From the IMG/VR virus record IMGVR_UViG_3300037851_000500, positions 1-64,000 of that record: a stretch of DNA of 64,000 nt. The stretch is one strand, 5' to 3'. The notes under the pieces were generated by a model. The model did not search any database, was not told the DNA's origin, and worked only from the letters and a program-made list of their open reading frames with translations. Made by a program: the position numbers and the translations under genes. Shown in pieces: positions 27,380-36,806 of this stretch (position 1 is its first letter; every line of letters begins with the position of its first letter). Origin of the DNA: a virus.

Positions 27380-29583
27380 TGGCATTATTAATTTTTGAAC
27401 AGGTAGATGCCAATTGGATTAAAGGGAAAGGGGATATGGCCCAAGCTGTTGCCTATTATGCCCTGTCATACCAAAAAAAAATCAAATTGCCAGGAATGGA
27501 ACATGCTGAATGGACAATGTACAGTCTCTTTGACAAAAGGAGAAGGGCTTTTCCTTTAGGATTGTGGTCTGTGGTAAAGGATAAGGCCCGAAATAAAGGT
27601 TTTACCTCTTTCTGTAAAATGATGTCCCCTGCGCCCCTCTCAGTAAATATAAATTATGATTTACCAGGGATTACCTATGAGCCATATCAAAAATCTATTC
27701 TAAATAATTTAAGGGTATATAAGCGTGGGATTATAGTAGCTTCAACTGGGTGTATTGCCAAAGGAACTGTGGTCAATATAAATAGATGCTCTTTAGGTAA
27801 AAAAATTAAAATAGAAACTGTATATAAGCATTTTAACCAGATGGGGGACAAAAAGTTTAATTGGGATTTATCAAAAAAGTCCTATGTACGATCTTATAGA
27901 AACATTGAAAATATTATAAGGTTAAACAAAATTGAAAATGTAATATATAGTGGTATTAAAAAAGTTTTTAAACTTACTCTTGAAAATGGTAAAAATATTA
28001 TAGCAACACCGGAACATCGTATTATGACCAAAAATGGGTGGAAAGAATTAATAAATTTAGATGAAAATGACTATGTAATGTGCGATCAACTTCATGCAAA
28101 GTCTATTGGTAAAGAAAAAAAGAAAAAACAAACAGCATCATACTATGGTAAATTGTGGTTTCATCCTTATGCAAGAGTAATACAAAATAAAGAAAAGGGG
28201 AAAGATAAAACAATAGAAGTTCATAGAATAATATATGAAGCATTTGAAAATAAAATGAATGTAAACTATTATTTAAATATTCTTAGAACAAACCCACAAA
28301 AATCAAAAACCTTAAAATTTATTAATCCAAAGGAGTATCATATACATCATATTGATAAAAACTGCAAAAATAATAATATAAAAAATTTAATAAAATTAAA
28401 AGTAGTGGATCACTTAAAATTACACGCAGATTATACTCAATTTAATCAGGGGATACCAAGTTTTTCAAAAGTAAAATCTATTGAGTATACTGGATTTAAA
28501 AAAACATATGACATTCAATGTAAAGATCCTCATAATAATTTTGTAGCTAATGGTATCGTAGTTCACAATTCGGGGAAGTCCATTATAATAGGGGGAATCA
28601 TAAAAAGATTTGGTGTTCCAAAAACGCTTATAATCGTTATAAATAAATCAATTTTTCAACAAATTTTAAATTCATTAACAGAATGGTTCCCTAATTATTC
28701 AATAGGGTATATTGGTGACGGTCAATTTTCTATTGGACATATAACCATATCACTATTTCAGTCTTTAAATAGAATAAATAAAAATGATTTTAAACTTGTT
28801 ATTTTAGATGAAGTACAAAGAATAAATGATTCTATTACTAATTGGTTAAATCATTTTGGAAAACAAATTCATTACCGTTTTGGATTAACAGCCACACCAC
28901 AAAAAGAAAAAAGTAATCCAGGAAAAACAATGAATATGCATGGATATTTTGGAAACATTATTAAAGAATTAAAAGATGAAGAAGTTTCTACAAGGGTTAT
29001 CCCTGTAAAAGTATATATGATAAAATTTAAAAATCAAAAACCAACAGAAAAAGAATATGCTCAAAGCTACAGACATGATGTTCTATTAAATGCAGAAAGA
29101 AATACATTACTATTAAAAGCAGCTAAAAAATTATTATTGGACAAAGGTTTATCTTGTTTGGTCCTACTTGATGAAATTCGCCAAGCTGAAATGATGGGGA
29201 AAATAGCCCACAAGTTAGGGCTTTCCCCTACTCTTGCTCACTCTGATAATCAAAAGGGACTAAATGAAAAAATCAAGAATGATCTTAACAACGGAAAAAT
29301 CAATTTGGTTATTGCCACTCAAGTATTTGGTATTGGAACGGACATACCCAATGTCAACGGGGTCGTTCTTGCTTCAGCAAGGAAATCGGAAATTGATACC
29401 TTACAAAAAATTGGTAGAGGTAGGAGAAAAACAAAGGAAAAAGAAACAATGATTTTAATTGATAGTATAGACATGCTCATTAGTTCCAAAAGAGTTCATA
29501 AACATTTTTATTCTTACTCTCTTGAAAGAATGAGGATATATGAGGAAAAAGGATGGGAAATAAACCGACTACTAATTTTATAG
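27379..29583 (+). CDS. Superfamily 2 (UvsW-like) helicase containing an intein
   Basis: YQ, ASTG|SGKS, ILDEVQ, GLTATP, GTDIP, QKIGRGRR. Confidence 0.88.
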   Translation: MALLIFEQVDANWIKGKGDMAQAVAYYALSYQKKIKLPGMEHAEWTMYSLFDKRRRAFPLGLWSVVKDKARNKGFTSFCKMMSPAPLSVNINYDLPGITYEPYQKSILNNLRVYKRGIIVASTGCIAKGTVVNINRCSLGKKIKIETVYKHFNQMGDKKFNWDLSKKSYVRSYRNIENIIRLNKIENVIYSGIKKVFKLTLENGKNIIATPEHRIMTKNGWKELINLDENDYVMCDQLHAKSIGKEKKKKQTASYYGKLWFHPYARVIQNKEKGKDKTIEVHRIIYEAFENKMNVNYYLNILRTNPQKSKTLKFINPKEYHIHHIDKNCKNNNIKNLIKLKVVDHLKLHADYTQFNQGIPSFSKVKSIEYTGFKKTYDIQCKDPHNNFVANGIVVHNSGKSIIIGGIIKRFGVPKTLIIVINKSIFQQILNSLTEWFPNYSIGYIGDGQFSIGHITISLFQSLNRINKNDFKLVILDEVQRINDSITNWLNHFGKQIHYRFGLTATPQKEKSNPGKTMNMHGYFGNIIKELKDEEVSTRVIPVKVYMIKFKNQKPTEKEYAQSYRHDVLLNAERNTLLLKAAKKLLLDKGLSCLVLLDEIRQAEMMGKIAHKLGLSPTLAHSDNQKGLNEKIKNDLNNGKINLVIATQVFGIGTDIPNVNGVVLASARKSEIDTLQKIGRGRRKTKEKETMILIDSIDMLISSKRVHKHFYSYSLERMRIYEEKGWEINRLLIL
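27751..28569 (+). mobile_element. Intein (273 aa) with HNH endonuclease in the SF2 Walker A
   Basis: Starts CIAKGTVV, TPEHRI, VHRII...IHHIDKNCKNNNIKNL, ends VVHN followed by +1 Ser. Confidence 0.9.
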
Positions 29584-31622
29584 ATTTTAAAGATCCACGC
29601 TTAGAAATGGCAATAGAAAATTGGAATCTTGTTTCTTTTTTAGATGATTATAATGTAGATTATTCATTGGAAGGAAAAAACATAGGTAGGAATTTCATTG
29701 GGGTAAACCCCTGCCCGTATTGTTTTACAGGGGATACCCTTATTTTAACTGAAAATGGGTTAATACCAATTGAAAATTTAAAAAATAAAAACATTAAAAT
29801 TTTATCTCAAAATGGTAATTTTAATCAAGTTATGCACTTTTGGGAAAGAGAATTAAAAAATACAAATATGGTGGAATATTTTGCATATGGTATGGTAAAA
29901 CCTGCTATATGCACACCTAACCACGCAATTTTTTGTGCAGAAGTAATAAAAGGAAAACATTTACATGGTATACATGAATTTCAAAGTGAATCTCATAGTT
30001 GCCGTACATATCAAACTTGGCAATTTGATAAAATTCCAGCAGAAGAATTAACAGGTAATGCTTTTAATAAAAATAATATATGGGTTGAACTACCAACAAT
30101 AAATCCAAAATTTAATAAAGAAATAAAAGATGCTTATTTTTTAGGGGTATATTGTGGTGATGGGTCTATATCAGGGGGTAAAAATTTAAGATCTATTACT
30201 TTTGCTTTAAATGATACAAGTAAAGTACATATTATAGAAAAAATAATTAATTTTTATGGGAATAAATATATACTTCCATCAAAAACAGGTCATGGTGTAA
30301 TAGTTCAAATACATTCAACAAATTTAGTTAATAATAGATTTTTACAATGCGGGAGAGGAAGTCATAATAAAATAGTTCCAAATGAAATTTTATTTAATTC
30401 AAATGAAAAAACATTAAAAGATTTTATTCAAGGAATAGAAGATACTGATGGAAGCAAAAGAGAAGATGGAAATACATCTATTGTAACCACAAGTTTACAG
30501 TTGGCTTTGCAAATCTCAATTATATTGCGACGTTTAAATTGCCCTGCATCAATTAGTACATATACACCAGAACAAACAGGAAAGGACGGTATTAAAAGAA
30601 AAGAACATACAATGGTAAACTATAATTATGAATCAACTAAAAAACACCCATATATAAAATTTATAAATAATAAATGGTATGGAAAATTAAAATATGCAAA
30701 AACTTTAAGAAAGCATAAAAAATTTAATGTATACAATTTAACCGTTCATAATGATAGAACTTATTGTGCTAATGGGTCTATAGTAAAAAATTGTGGGGAT
30801 AATAGAAATCATTTTGCAGTACATGAAGAAGAAAAATTTGGATCTTGTTTTATTTGTAAAGGATATGCACATCCTATAAAATTAATATCATATTTTGGAA
30901 GAATGTCCTTTAAAAAAGCGTTTGATTATCTTCTTAGTCAAACTCCAGAACAACAGGATATAATTAATAGAGTAGAAATAATACTTAAAAACAAAAGAAA
31001 ACAAATAAAAAGAGAGGAAATAACTTTAGATGTTTTACCACGAAATAAATTAATAACATATGCAGACTTAAAAAATACACATTTAAAAAACTTTTTTATA
31101 AAAAGAAAATTACATTTATGGCATATTAAAAGATACCAGTTAAGATTATGCACAGACAAAGAATTTAATGGTTATATTATTTTTCCTATGTTAATTTCAA
31201 ATCATCCTGTAGCTTATCAACTTAGACATTTAATAAGAAAAAAATATCATAACTCTACTAATCTTGATAAATTTATTTATAATGAAGAAAATATTATTAA
31301 TAAAAAACCAATTATTTTAGTAGAGGGATTTCTTGATTTTGTTAATGTAGATTCTTTTATACGTTGCTATTACCCAGGAAAAATAACTGTTGTTACAGGC
31401 GGGCTTAAATCCATATCAAGGTATCAAATCGACCGATTAAGATCTTATTCACCATCCCAATTAATAGTCATGTTTGATGGAGACTCATGGTTTGATTATT
31501 ACAGAATAAAAAATTCAATTGGGTATGATGTAAATTATATTATATTAAACAAGGAGAAAGATCCTAATGATCTTACCTGGAAGGAACTAAATAAAATATT
31601 TACAAAAGAAATTTTTAAATAG
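29553..31622 (+). CDS. DnaG-like primase containing an intein
   Basis: Zn finger CPY|C..H..CFIC, IIFP, TOPRIM LVEGFLD, MFDGD, KDPND. Confidence 0.82.
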   Translation: MGNKPTTNFIDFKDPRLEMAIENWNLVSFLDDYNVDYSLEGKNIGRNFIGVNPCPYCFTGDTLILTENGLIPIENLKNKNIKILSQNGNFNQVMHFWERELKNTNMVEYFAYGMVKPAICTPNHAIFCAEVIKGKHLHGIHEFQSESHSCRTYQTWQFDKIPAEELTGNAFNKNNIWVELPTINPKFNKEIKDAYFLGVYCGDGSISGGKNLRSITFALNDTSKVHIIEKIINFYGNKYILPSKTGHGVIVQIHSTNLVNNRFLQCGRGSHNKIVPNEILFNSNEKTLKDFIQGIEDTDGSKREDGNTSIVTTSLQLALQISIILRRLNCPASISTYTPEQTGKDGIKRKEHTMVNYNYESTKKHPYIKFINNKWYGKLKYAKTLRKHKKFNVYNLTVHNDRTYCANGSIVKNCGDNRNHFAVHEEEKFGSCFICKGYAHPIKLISYFGRMSFKKAFDYLLSQTPEQQDIINRVEIILKNKRKQIKREEITLDVLPRNKLITYADLKNTHLKNFFIKRKLHLWHIKRYQLRLCTDKEFNGYIIFPMLISNHPVAYQLRHLIRKKYHNSTNLDKFIYNEENIINKKPIILVEGFLDFVNVDSFIRCYYPGKITVVTGGLKSISRYQIDRLRSYSPSQLIVMFDGDSWFDYYRIKNSIGYDVNYIILNKEKDPNDLTWKELNKIFTKEIFK
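29721..30791 (+). mobile_element. Intein (357 aa) with LAGLIDADG endonuclease inside the primase Zn finger
   Basis: Starts CFTGDTLI, TPNHAI, LGVYCGDG / GIEDTDG, ends IVKN followed by +1 Cys. Confidence 0.9.
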
Positions 31623-31635
31623 GTGAGAAATAACA

Positions 31636-32406
31636 TTAATTAAAAAAACTTTTCTGTAAAAATTTAAAATTATCCTCTTTAAAAAAACTATCTGATAGTT
31701 TTTTTCTTTTATTTTTTACCCATAAAGGTGCATTAATTTTATCAGTGAAATCCTCCCAAGGAAATTTACACATGGGGAACTGTGGTAATCCCAGGTTCCC
31801 CATTCTTTTTTTAAAAAGATCTATATCATGATCAACAATTTCTTTTTCTAAAACCCTATAATAATATGAATCCCACACGCCTAAAGGAGAACCATTACGA
31901 TCACAACATAAAGGATGATTATGTTTAACAACAGAATCAAAAGATAATTTATATCGTTTAATAGCCCTGGATCTTATAAATAATTCATACGCACCATCAT
32001 GTAAATATCCTGTATAAAAAATCTCCCCATCTAAATGATCCAACATTTTTCTGTGAATCATAAAATGCGGAGCAATGTACATATTAATATTTGGGAAAAA
32101 AGAAAGAGCAGAATAATCCTGAAATCCTACCAGCCCCCACTTCCCAGGAAATGAATTCATTACCCTCCAAGCAGATTTCAAAAATCCAAATAATGGTTCT
32201 GTATCATCCCCAAGATATATCAATAAATCATAAGTTGATAGGCTCACTAATTTAGATAGTGTCTTTGGACATCCAACTAAATCCTTATCCTCAAGAGTTA
32301 AAATTTCTATAAATTTATTTGAAATTCCAGAATTCTTGAGAATATTTTTAGTGAGCCTATCAACTTTATTCCTACGAACAACCGGGATTAATATAGAAAC
32401 TTTCAT
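31636..32406 (-). CDS. GT2-like glycosyltransferase
   Basis: KVSILIPV, YLGDD, GLVG, VVKHNHP. Confidence 0.65.
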   Translation of the reverse strand: MKVSILIPVVRRNKVDRLTKNILKNSGISNKFIEILTLEDKDLVGCPKTLSKLVSLSTYDLLIYLGDDTEPLFGFLKSAWRVMNSFPGKWGLVGFQDYSALSFFPNINMYIAPHFMIHRKMLDHLDGEIFYTGYLHDGAYELFIRSRAIKRYKLSFDSVVKHNHPLCCDRNGSPLGVWDSYYYRVLEKEIVDHDIDLFKKRMGNLGLPQFPMCKFPWEDFTDKINAPLWVKNKRKKLSDSFFKEDNFKFLQKSFFN

Positions 32407-32417
32407 TATAAATCAAT

Positions 32418-32801
32418 TTATTTTTCACTTGGTATTAAAACTTCAGTTTTACCGTCTAATCTTTTAATTTTAACAACATCACCATCTTCAAGGCGTTTAA
32501 CAATATATGGAATCCTTTTCTCTATTACCTTTTCCTGAACTACAATTCTTTGTTTTCCAATGGCTTCTCGTAATCTATAATTTAATTGATTAACTGCACC
32601 CACACCAAGATTAGTAGCTGTAGCTACTTTAGAAGAAACACCAATAGCTCCAATAACCATACCAGCAGCATTGAATAACCCAGAAATCCATTTTAACCAA
32701 GGAATCCATTCTTCTACAGGGCAATCTGCAATTGCAGCACCAGCAATTTGCCCTAAAGCAAGTAAAACACCACCTAAAATAGTTTTCCATCCAAGGTTCA
32801 T
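32418..32801 (-). CDS. Holin-like membrane protein
   Basis: GWKT..two TM segments, charged C-terminal tail. Confidence 0.5.
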   Translation of the reverse strand: MNLGWKTILGGVLLALGQIAGAAIADCPVEEWIPWLKWISGLFNAAGMVIGAIGVSSKVATATNLGVGAVNQLNYRLREAIGKQRIVVQEKVIEKRIPYIVKRLEDGDVVKIKRLDGKTEVLIPSEK

Positions 32802-32814
32802 AAATCACCTCTTA

Positions 32815-33291
32815 TTATTTTTTAAGAATTAATGCTTTAACTGCACTGACCTTTTTAACAACATCTTTCTTCCCAATCAAACCAAACTCATATCCTAAAA
32901 CATATCCTTCCGCTGCTGTATCCCAATAAATTACAGGAATTTTAGATAAAGAAACCAGTGTACCAGCTTCATCAAAAATAGCCCCCATACTCTGCAAAAT
33001 AAGCATTAAATTTCCTGCCAATAATGGATTCTCAATTTTAAATTTAGCAAAAGCCTCTGATAATTCTTGTGGAGACAAAGATCCCGTTCGAGCTAATTTA
33101 TAAGCATCAGCTATTGCAATATCATCTAAATCCGTTTTACTTTTTCCAATGTAATACCCGAAATCATATCCACCAACCCTAATAATGGAAAGAATAGCTG
33201 CTTCTTCAATAGGTTTGAGTCCAGCGCAGCCACCAATAAATAAAGACAGAAAAAAGGACATAATTGATATCAAAATAATGTGTTTTTTCAT
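32815..33291 (-). CDS. Lipoprotein
   Basis: MKK + hydrophobic stretch + lipobox IGGC. Confidence 0.65.
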   Translation of the reverse strand: MKKHIILISIMSFFLSLFIGGCAGLKPIEEAAILSIIRVGGYDFGYYIGKSKTDLDDIAIADAYKLARTGSLSPQELSEAFAKFKIENPLLAGNLMLILQSMGAIFDEAGTLVSLSKIPVIYWDTAAEGYVLGYEFGLIGKKDVVKKVSAVKALILKK

Positions 33292-34115
33292 AATGCTGCC
33301 TCCATGCGTTTAATGATTTTAGTTATTTTTCCTTTTAAATACTCCCTTACAGATACTTTCTGAAAGGGTTTTGGGCAATAATAACTTATTCTTTTAAGAT
33401 TTTCAAGACCAATAATTCTATTATACCCCAATAAAGATCCAGCAAGATACAAAGGACCGGCATCAACACCAATAAAAAATCTACACTTACCTATTTCTTC
33501 TTTCATTACAGAGAGATCTGGCTGTTGATACCTCAATGTACTTTCTTTTGGTATAATAAAACATTCATCATTACCACAATCTTTATAATTAGATCTAAAA
33601 TCTGGCCGCATATGACATTCAAAAGGCTCATATCCTAAATTACTAATTTCCCCCCAAATAATCTCTGCGACTTTATTAGGACAAAACTTCTCATTTACCC
33701 CAGTATGACCAAAGAAATGAACACCAATTCTTTTAGATTTTTTATTAAAAAATTCATTATGTATTTTATATGGACTCCATGAAAATTCTTTCATTCCCAA
33801 TTCAGTATAGGCACAAATATATGGTTTAGACGGCTCAGTATGATATTCAAAAGGTGGTTTATAGTCCTGTGTATCAGGATAATATAATTTATAAATATAT
33901 GAATACCCTTTTGAATCTATTGTTTCATAAGAAATAATATCTGAACATAATTTATGGTATTGCCTTTTAGTAGGAGATGTTAATTGAACCTTATGACCGA
34001 CTTGTTTTTCAAATTCTTTGTGTACGGGTAAATAATGAATTAAATCCCCCAATCCATGATCAAAAACAAAAAGGTTTCTTCCAACAGAATTTTTAATTTT
34101 ATTAAATGGTTTCAT
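33288..34115 (-). CDS. GT9 (heptosyltransferase-like) glycosyltransferase
   Basis: HGLGDL, RIGVHF, FIGVDAGPLYLA. Confidence 0.7.
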   Translation of the reverse strand: MKPFNKIKNSVGRNLFVFDHGLGDLIHYLPVHKEFEKQVGHKVQLTSPTKRQYHKLCSDIISYETIDSKGYSYIYKLYYPDTQDYKPPFEYHTEPSKPYICAYTELGMKEFSWSPYKIHNEFFNKKSKRIGVHFFGHTGVNEKFCPNKVAEIIWGEISNLGYEPFECHMRPDFRSNYKDCGNDECFIIPKESTLRYQQPDLSVMKEEIGKCRFFIGVDAGPLYLAGSLLGYNRIIGLENLKRISYYCPKPFQKVSVREYLKGKITKIIKRMEAAL

Positions 34116-34878
34116 TTAAATACCCCCTGACCCCAACAATTGTAGATACTTGGGAGTATAAAAATGGAACTTCCTCATATATTTCACCACTATAATTAAT
34201 AAACTTAAAACCAAAATTTTTAAAGTACACCCAATATCCCGCATAAACAATATCTTCAAAAATAGAAGTTAATTCACTATCATAATAAAATATATCATCG
34301 CCACGATAAAATTTATTTTCCTCTAAAAAACAAATTCTACCGGATGAATTAAAAAATAAATTATTTGGATTATTTAAACCAGAGTAAACAACTCTATTAT
34401 TTGTAAGTTCAATAACAGAATCAGAAGTTGTTCCATACCATCTCATTTGGTGTGTACAAACAGAAAAAAAATTAGGTGGGTGTTTATAGTGTATTTGATC
34501 CCCCCAAAAATCACCAGTAATCGGAGAGAAGGAAACATTATTTAATGATTGTGTACCCCTTGAACATAAATACAATTGTCCTGGGTAAATAGAAATAATA
34601 TCAGAAATGTTATAAGAAAGAGGAAGATTTAATAAAACAGTAGTACCAGTTATAAAATTAAATAGGAGCAAATAGCTATTATTTTCATAAATGCTATTCA
34701 CCCCTATGCACAGCCAATCCCCAGAATAGGCTATTCCACCACCATTATATAATTCATTATCGTTTAAATCATCAAATATTTCTAAAAATAAATTTTTTCC
34801 CGTATTAGTATCTATTAATGAAACAATTCTATTCTTCCTCAATCCATTTGCGTCGAACAGGGTAAACAGAAGACGCAT
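34102..34878 (-). CDS. Hypothetical beta-propeller-like protein
   Basis: Beta-rich segments (GGIAY, LYLCS, SGLNNPNNL). Confidence 0.45.
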   Translation of the reverse strand: MRLLFTLFDANGLRKNRIVSLIDTNTGKNLFLEIFDDLNDNELYNGGGIAYSGDWLCIGVNSIYENNSYLLLFNFITGTTVLLNLPLSYNISDIISIYPGQLYLCSRGTQSLNNVSFSPITGDFWGDQIHYKHPPNFFSVCTHQMRWYGTTSDSVIELTNNRVVYSGLNNPNNLFFNSSGRICFLEENKFYRGDDIFYYDSELTSIFEDIVYAGYWVYFKNFGFKFINYSGEIYEEVPFLYSQVSTIVGVRGYLNETI

Positions 34879-34894
34879 AAAACCCCCTCTATTT

Positions 34895-35503
34895 TTATAT
34901 TAAAGCATTATTCAATTTTAATTCCTTTGCTATTTCCTTAGCAACGCTAATAGCTACTTTTTCAATTTCATCTAATTTATTATTGTTATGTACAGTTATA
35001 ACTTCCACCTTTTGAGCAACAGTGCTTAGTTTTTCATTAGTTTTATTTAAAGACTCATGTGTTTCTTTAATTGCATCAGCAAGATCATCAAATTTTTTAT
35101 GGTTTTCTGCCTGTTGCTCCGATCTTTTTTTATCTATTTCATTTAATACATCCACCATCCTATCCCCAACCTCATCTATTTTATTTCCAAGATGTTCTAT
35201 TAAAATATTATTTTGCCTTCCACAAAATTCTCTTACTTCTTGGCATCTCCCAATTGGTTGATAACGGGGATTACCGGATGGATCTAAATAACTTTTGAGC
35301 AAGTCATCTTTAGTAGCCATTTTATTTTGCTCCCTTTCTATTCCATCCACTATATCCGTTAACTTTTTCATATCAGATTCAAGTTTTGGAACTTTATATT
35401 TAGTAACAATTAAAACAGAAAGGGCAAAACCACCAATTATAATTGCTATTGGTAAAATTAATTTAAAACCCTCATATATAATATTATCTCCCATTATAAT
35501 CAT
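34895..35503 (-). CDS. Membrane-anchored coiled-coil protein (lysis-associated candidate)
   Basis: One N-terminal TM followed by long heptads with a CxxxxxxC pair. Confidence 0.55.
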   Translation of the reverse strand: MIIMGDNIIYEGFKLILPIAIIIGGFALSVLIVTKYKVPKLESDMKKLTDIVDGIEREQNKMATKDDLLKSYLDPSGNPRYQPIGRCQEVREFCGRQNNILIEHLGNKIDEVGDRMVDVLNEIDKKRSEQQAENHKKFDDLADAIKETHESLNKTNEKLSTVAQKVEVITVHNNNKLDEIEKVAISVAKEIAKELKLNNALI

Positions 35504-35512
35504 TACTCCATA

Positions 35513-35830
35513 TTAGGTTATATTCCTAACAGGGACATAGAGTAAATAAATGTCATAGCTAGGATCATCTACAGTTTGTAATTTCATGGTGATAACATAA
35601 TTTTTTCCATTAGTACCACCACGAACATAGGGCATTATAAATGTGCCAGAAAAAGTACACTTAGCTTGGTCTAATAAAGTATAGGAAAAATCTGTATTGG
35701 TTACTAATTCAACAGCCGTAAAATCAACATTATAAATTGTCTCTCCATCAAGCCAAGGAGCAGCATCAATTTTAGCAAACCATTTTTCATATGGATCTTT
35801 TGGCCTGGAAAGATAAAATTTTTGGCTCAT
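35513..35830 (-). CDS. Small Ig-like fibre-adaptor-type virion protein
   Basis: KDP.E...D...WL.GETI...VRGGTNG.NY.ITM pattern. Confidence 0.55.
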   Translation of the reverse strand: MSQKFYLSRPKDPYEKWFAKIDAAPWLDGETIYNVDFTAVELVTNTDFSYTLLDQAKCTFSGTFIMPYVRGGTNGKNYVITMKLQTVDDPSYDIYLLYVPVRNIT

Positions 35831-36180
35831 AAGTTTATCTCCAATTCAGGAGGAGTAACTATTACTCTCCCACTGGAAAAAACCCAAACACGATATTTAT
35901 TAGTAACACAACAATTTATATATTCTCTAAGTTTAATACCGTCACTACCCTGTTTTAAAAACCCCCGGCCAAATCTGCGAATAAATCTATCCCCTAAAGT
36001 GAGATCAATTAAAATATCATGTTTAGGTAAAATATTTATTGTGGGTATAAAAGAAACGCGCACAATTTTTTCTAATGGTAGTGTTTTCCAGGTTTGCTCT
36101 TTTTTATTTCCATCATACTGTGCGCGAATTTCACCTTCACAAGTTTCCATTTCCCAAAAATAAATTAAATTTGGTTCCAT
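35827..36180 (-). CDS. Hypothetical protein
   Basis: 117-aa ORF with AGGA RBS, overlapping the next gene by 4 nt. Confidence 0.55.
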   Translation of the reverse strand: MEPNLIYFWEMETCEGEIRAQYDGNKKEQTWKTLPLEKIVRVSFIPTINILPKHDILIDLTLGDRFIRRFGRGFLKQGSDGIKLREYINCCVTNKYRVWVFSSGRVIVTPPELEINL

Positions 36181-36208
36181 AAAATATCCTATCTAAATTT
36201 TTATTATG

Positions 36209-36240
36209 TGCTATACCCCCTTTATAAAGGGGGTATAGCA
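36209..36240. terminator. Perfect 32-bp palindrome (terminator or RNA-stabilising hairpin)
   Basis: TGCTATACCCCCTTTA|TAAAGGGGGTATAGCA, 30 nt downstream of the 163-aa gene; no clear U-tract. Confidence 0.55.
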
Positions 36241-36270
36241 ATTCATATTAAAATCAACATAAGCAAAAGT

Positions 36271-36762
36271 CTAGGTTTCATCATACGCAAATGTAGCCGT
36301 TTCAGGAGTTAATTGCCCAGGAGAAGCAGTATTCTGAACAATCATTTGCATACGCAGAAAATCACCCTTGTACCCTGTTCCGGTATGGGGTCCAGTATTA
36401 ACTGCATCCAGGTCAATAACAGCCCCGGAAGTTTTACTAAAAAAGTCAGTTCCAGAAAGATCAGTATCCACATTTGCTGCCCAAGTACCAGTTACAGTGT
36501 ATTCAACACCAATACCAGTACCAAACCCGCTGCTTCCATCAGAATAGGCCCTCAGATTTTGAATATCAACAGATGGGGCCACACTAATATAAAACCGAAG
36601 CATTTTTGTATAACTATAATCTTCACCAGCACCAGGAATTTGTAAACGATTGTTGGTGTCAACAGCCGTTTCATCTACCGATTTAAATCTGACAGTCCCA
36701 GAAGTTTTGTCCACACCTGTACTTGTACCTGTCATTTCGTGAATTTGTACTGTAGCTGCCAT
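36271..36762 (-). CDS. Small beta-rich virion protein (candidate filament subunit)
   Basis: AAGGAG RBS; Gly/Thr/Ser-rich; ends ATFAYDET; followed by the hairpin. Confidence 0.6.
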   Translation of the reverse strand: MAATVQIHEMTGTSTGVDKTSGTVRFKSVDETAVDTNNRLQIPGAGEDYSYTKMLRFYISVAPSVDIQNLRAYSDGSSGFGTGIGVEYTVTGTWAANVDTDLSGTDFFSKTSGAVIDLDAVNTGPHTGTGYKGDFLRMQMIVQNTASPGQLTPETATFAYDET

Positions 36763-36806
36763 AATTTTTTCTCCTTATAAAATAAGTAATTTTTCTGGAT
36801 TTAATT

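Noticed and set aside
31623-31635. Bidirectional terminator at the convergence of the two arms
   Set aside because: Only 13 bp separate the stops and no hairpin is visible.
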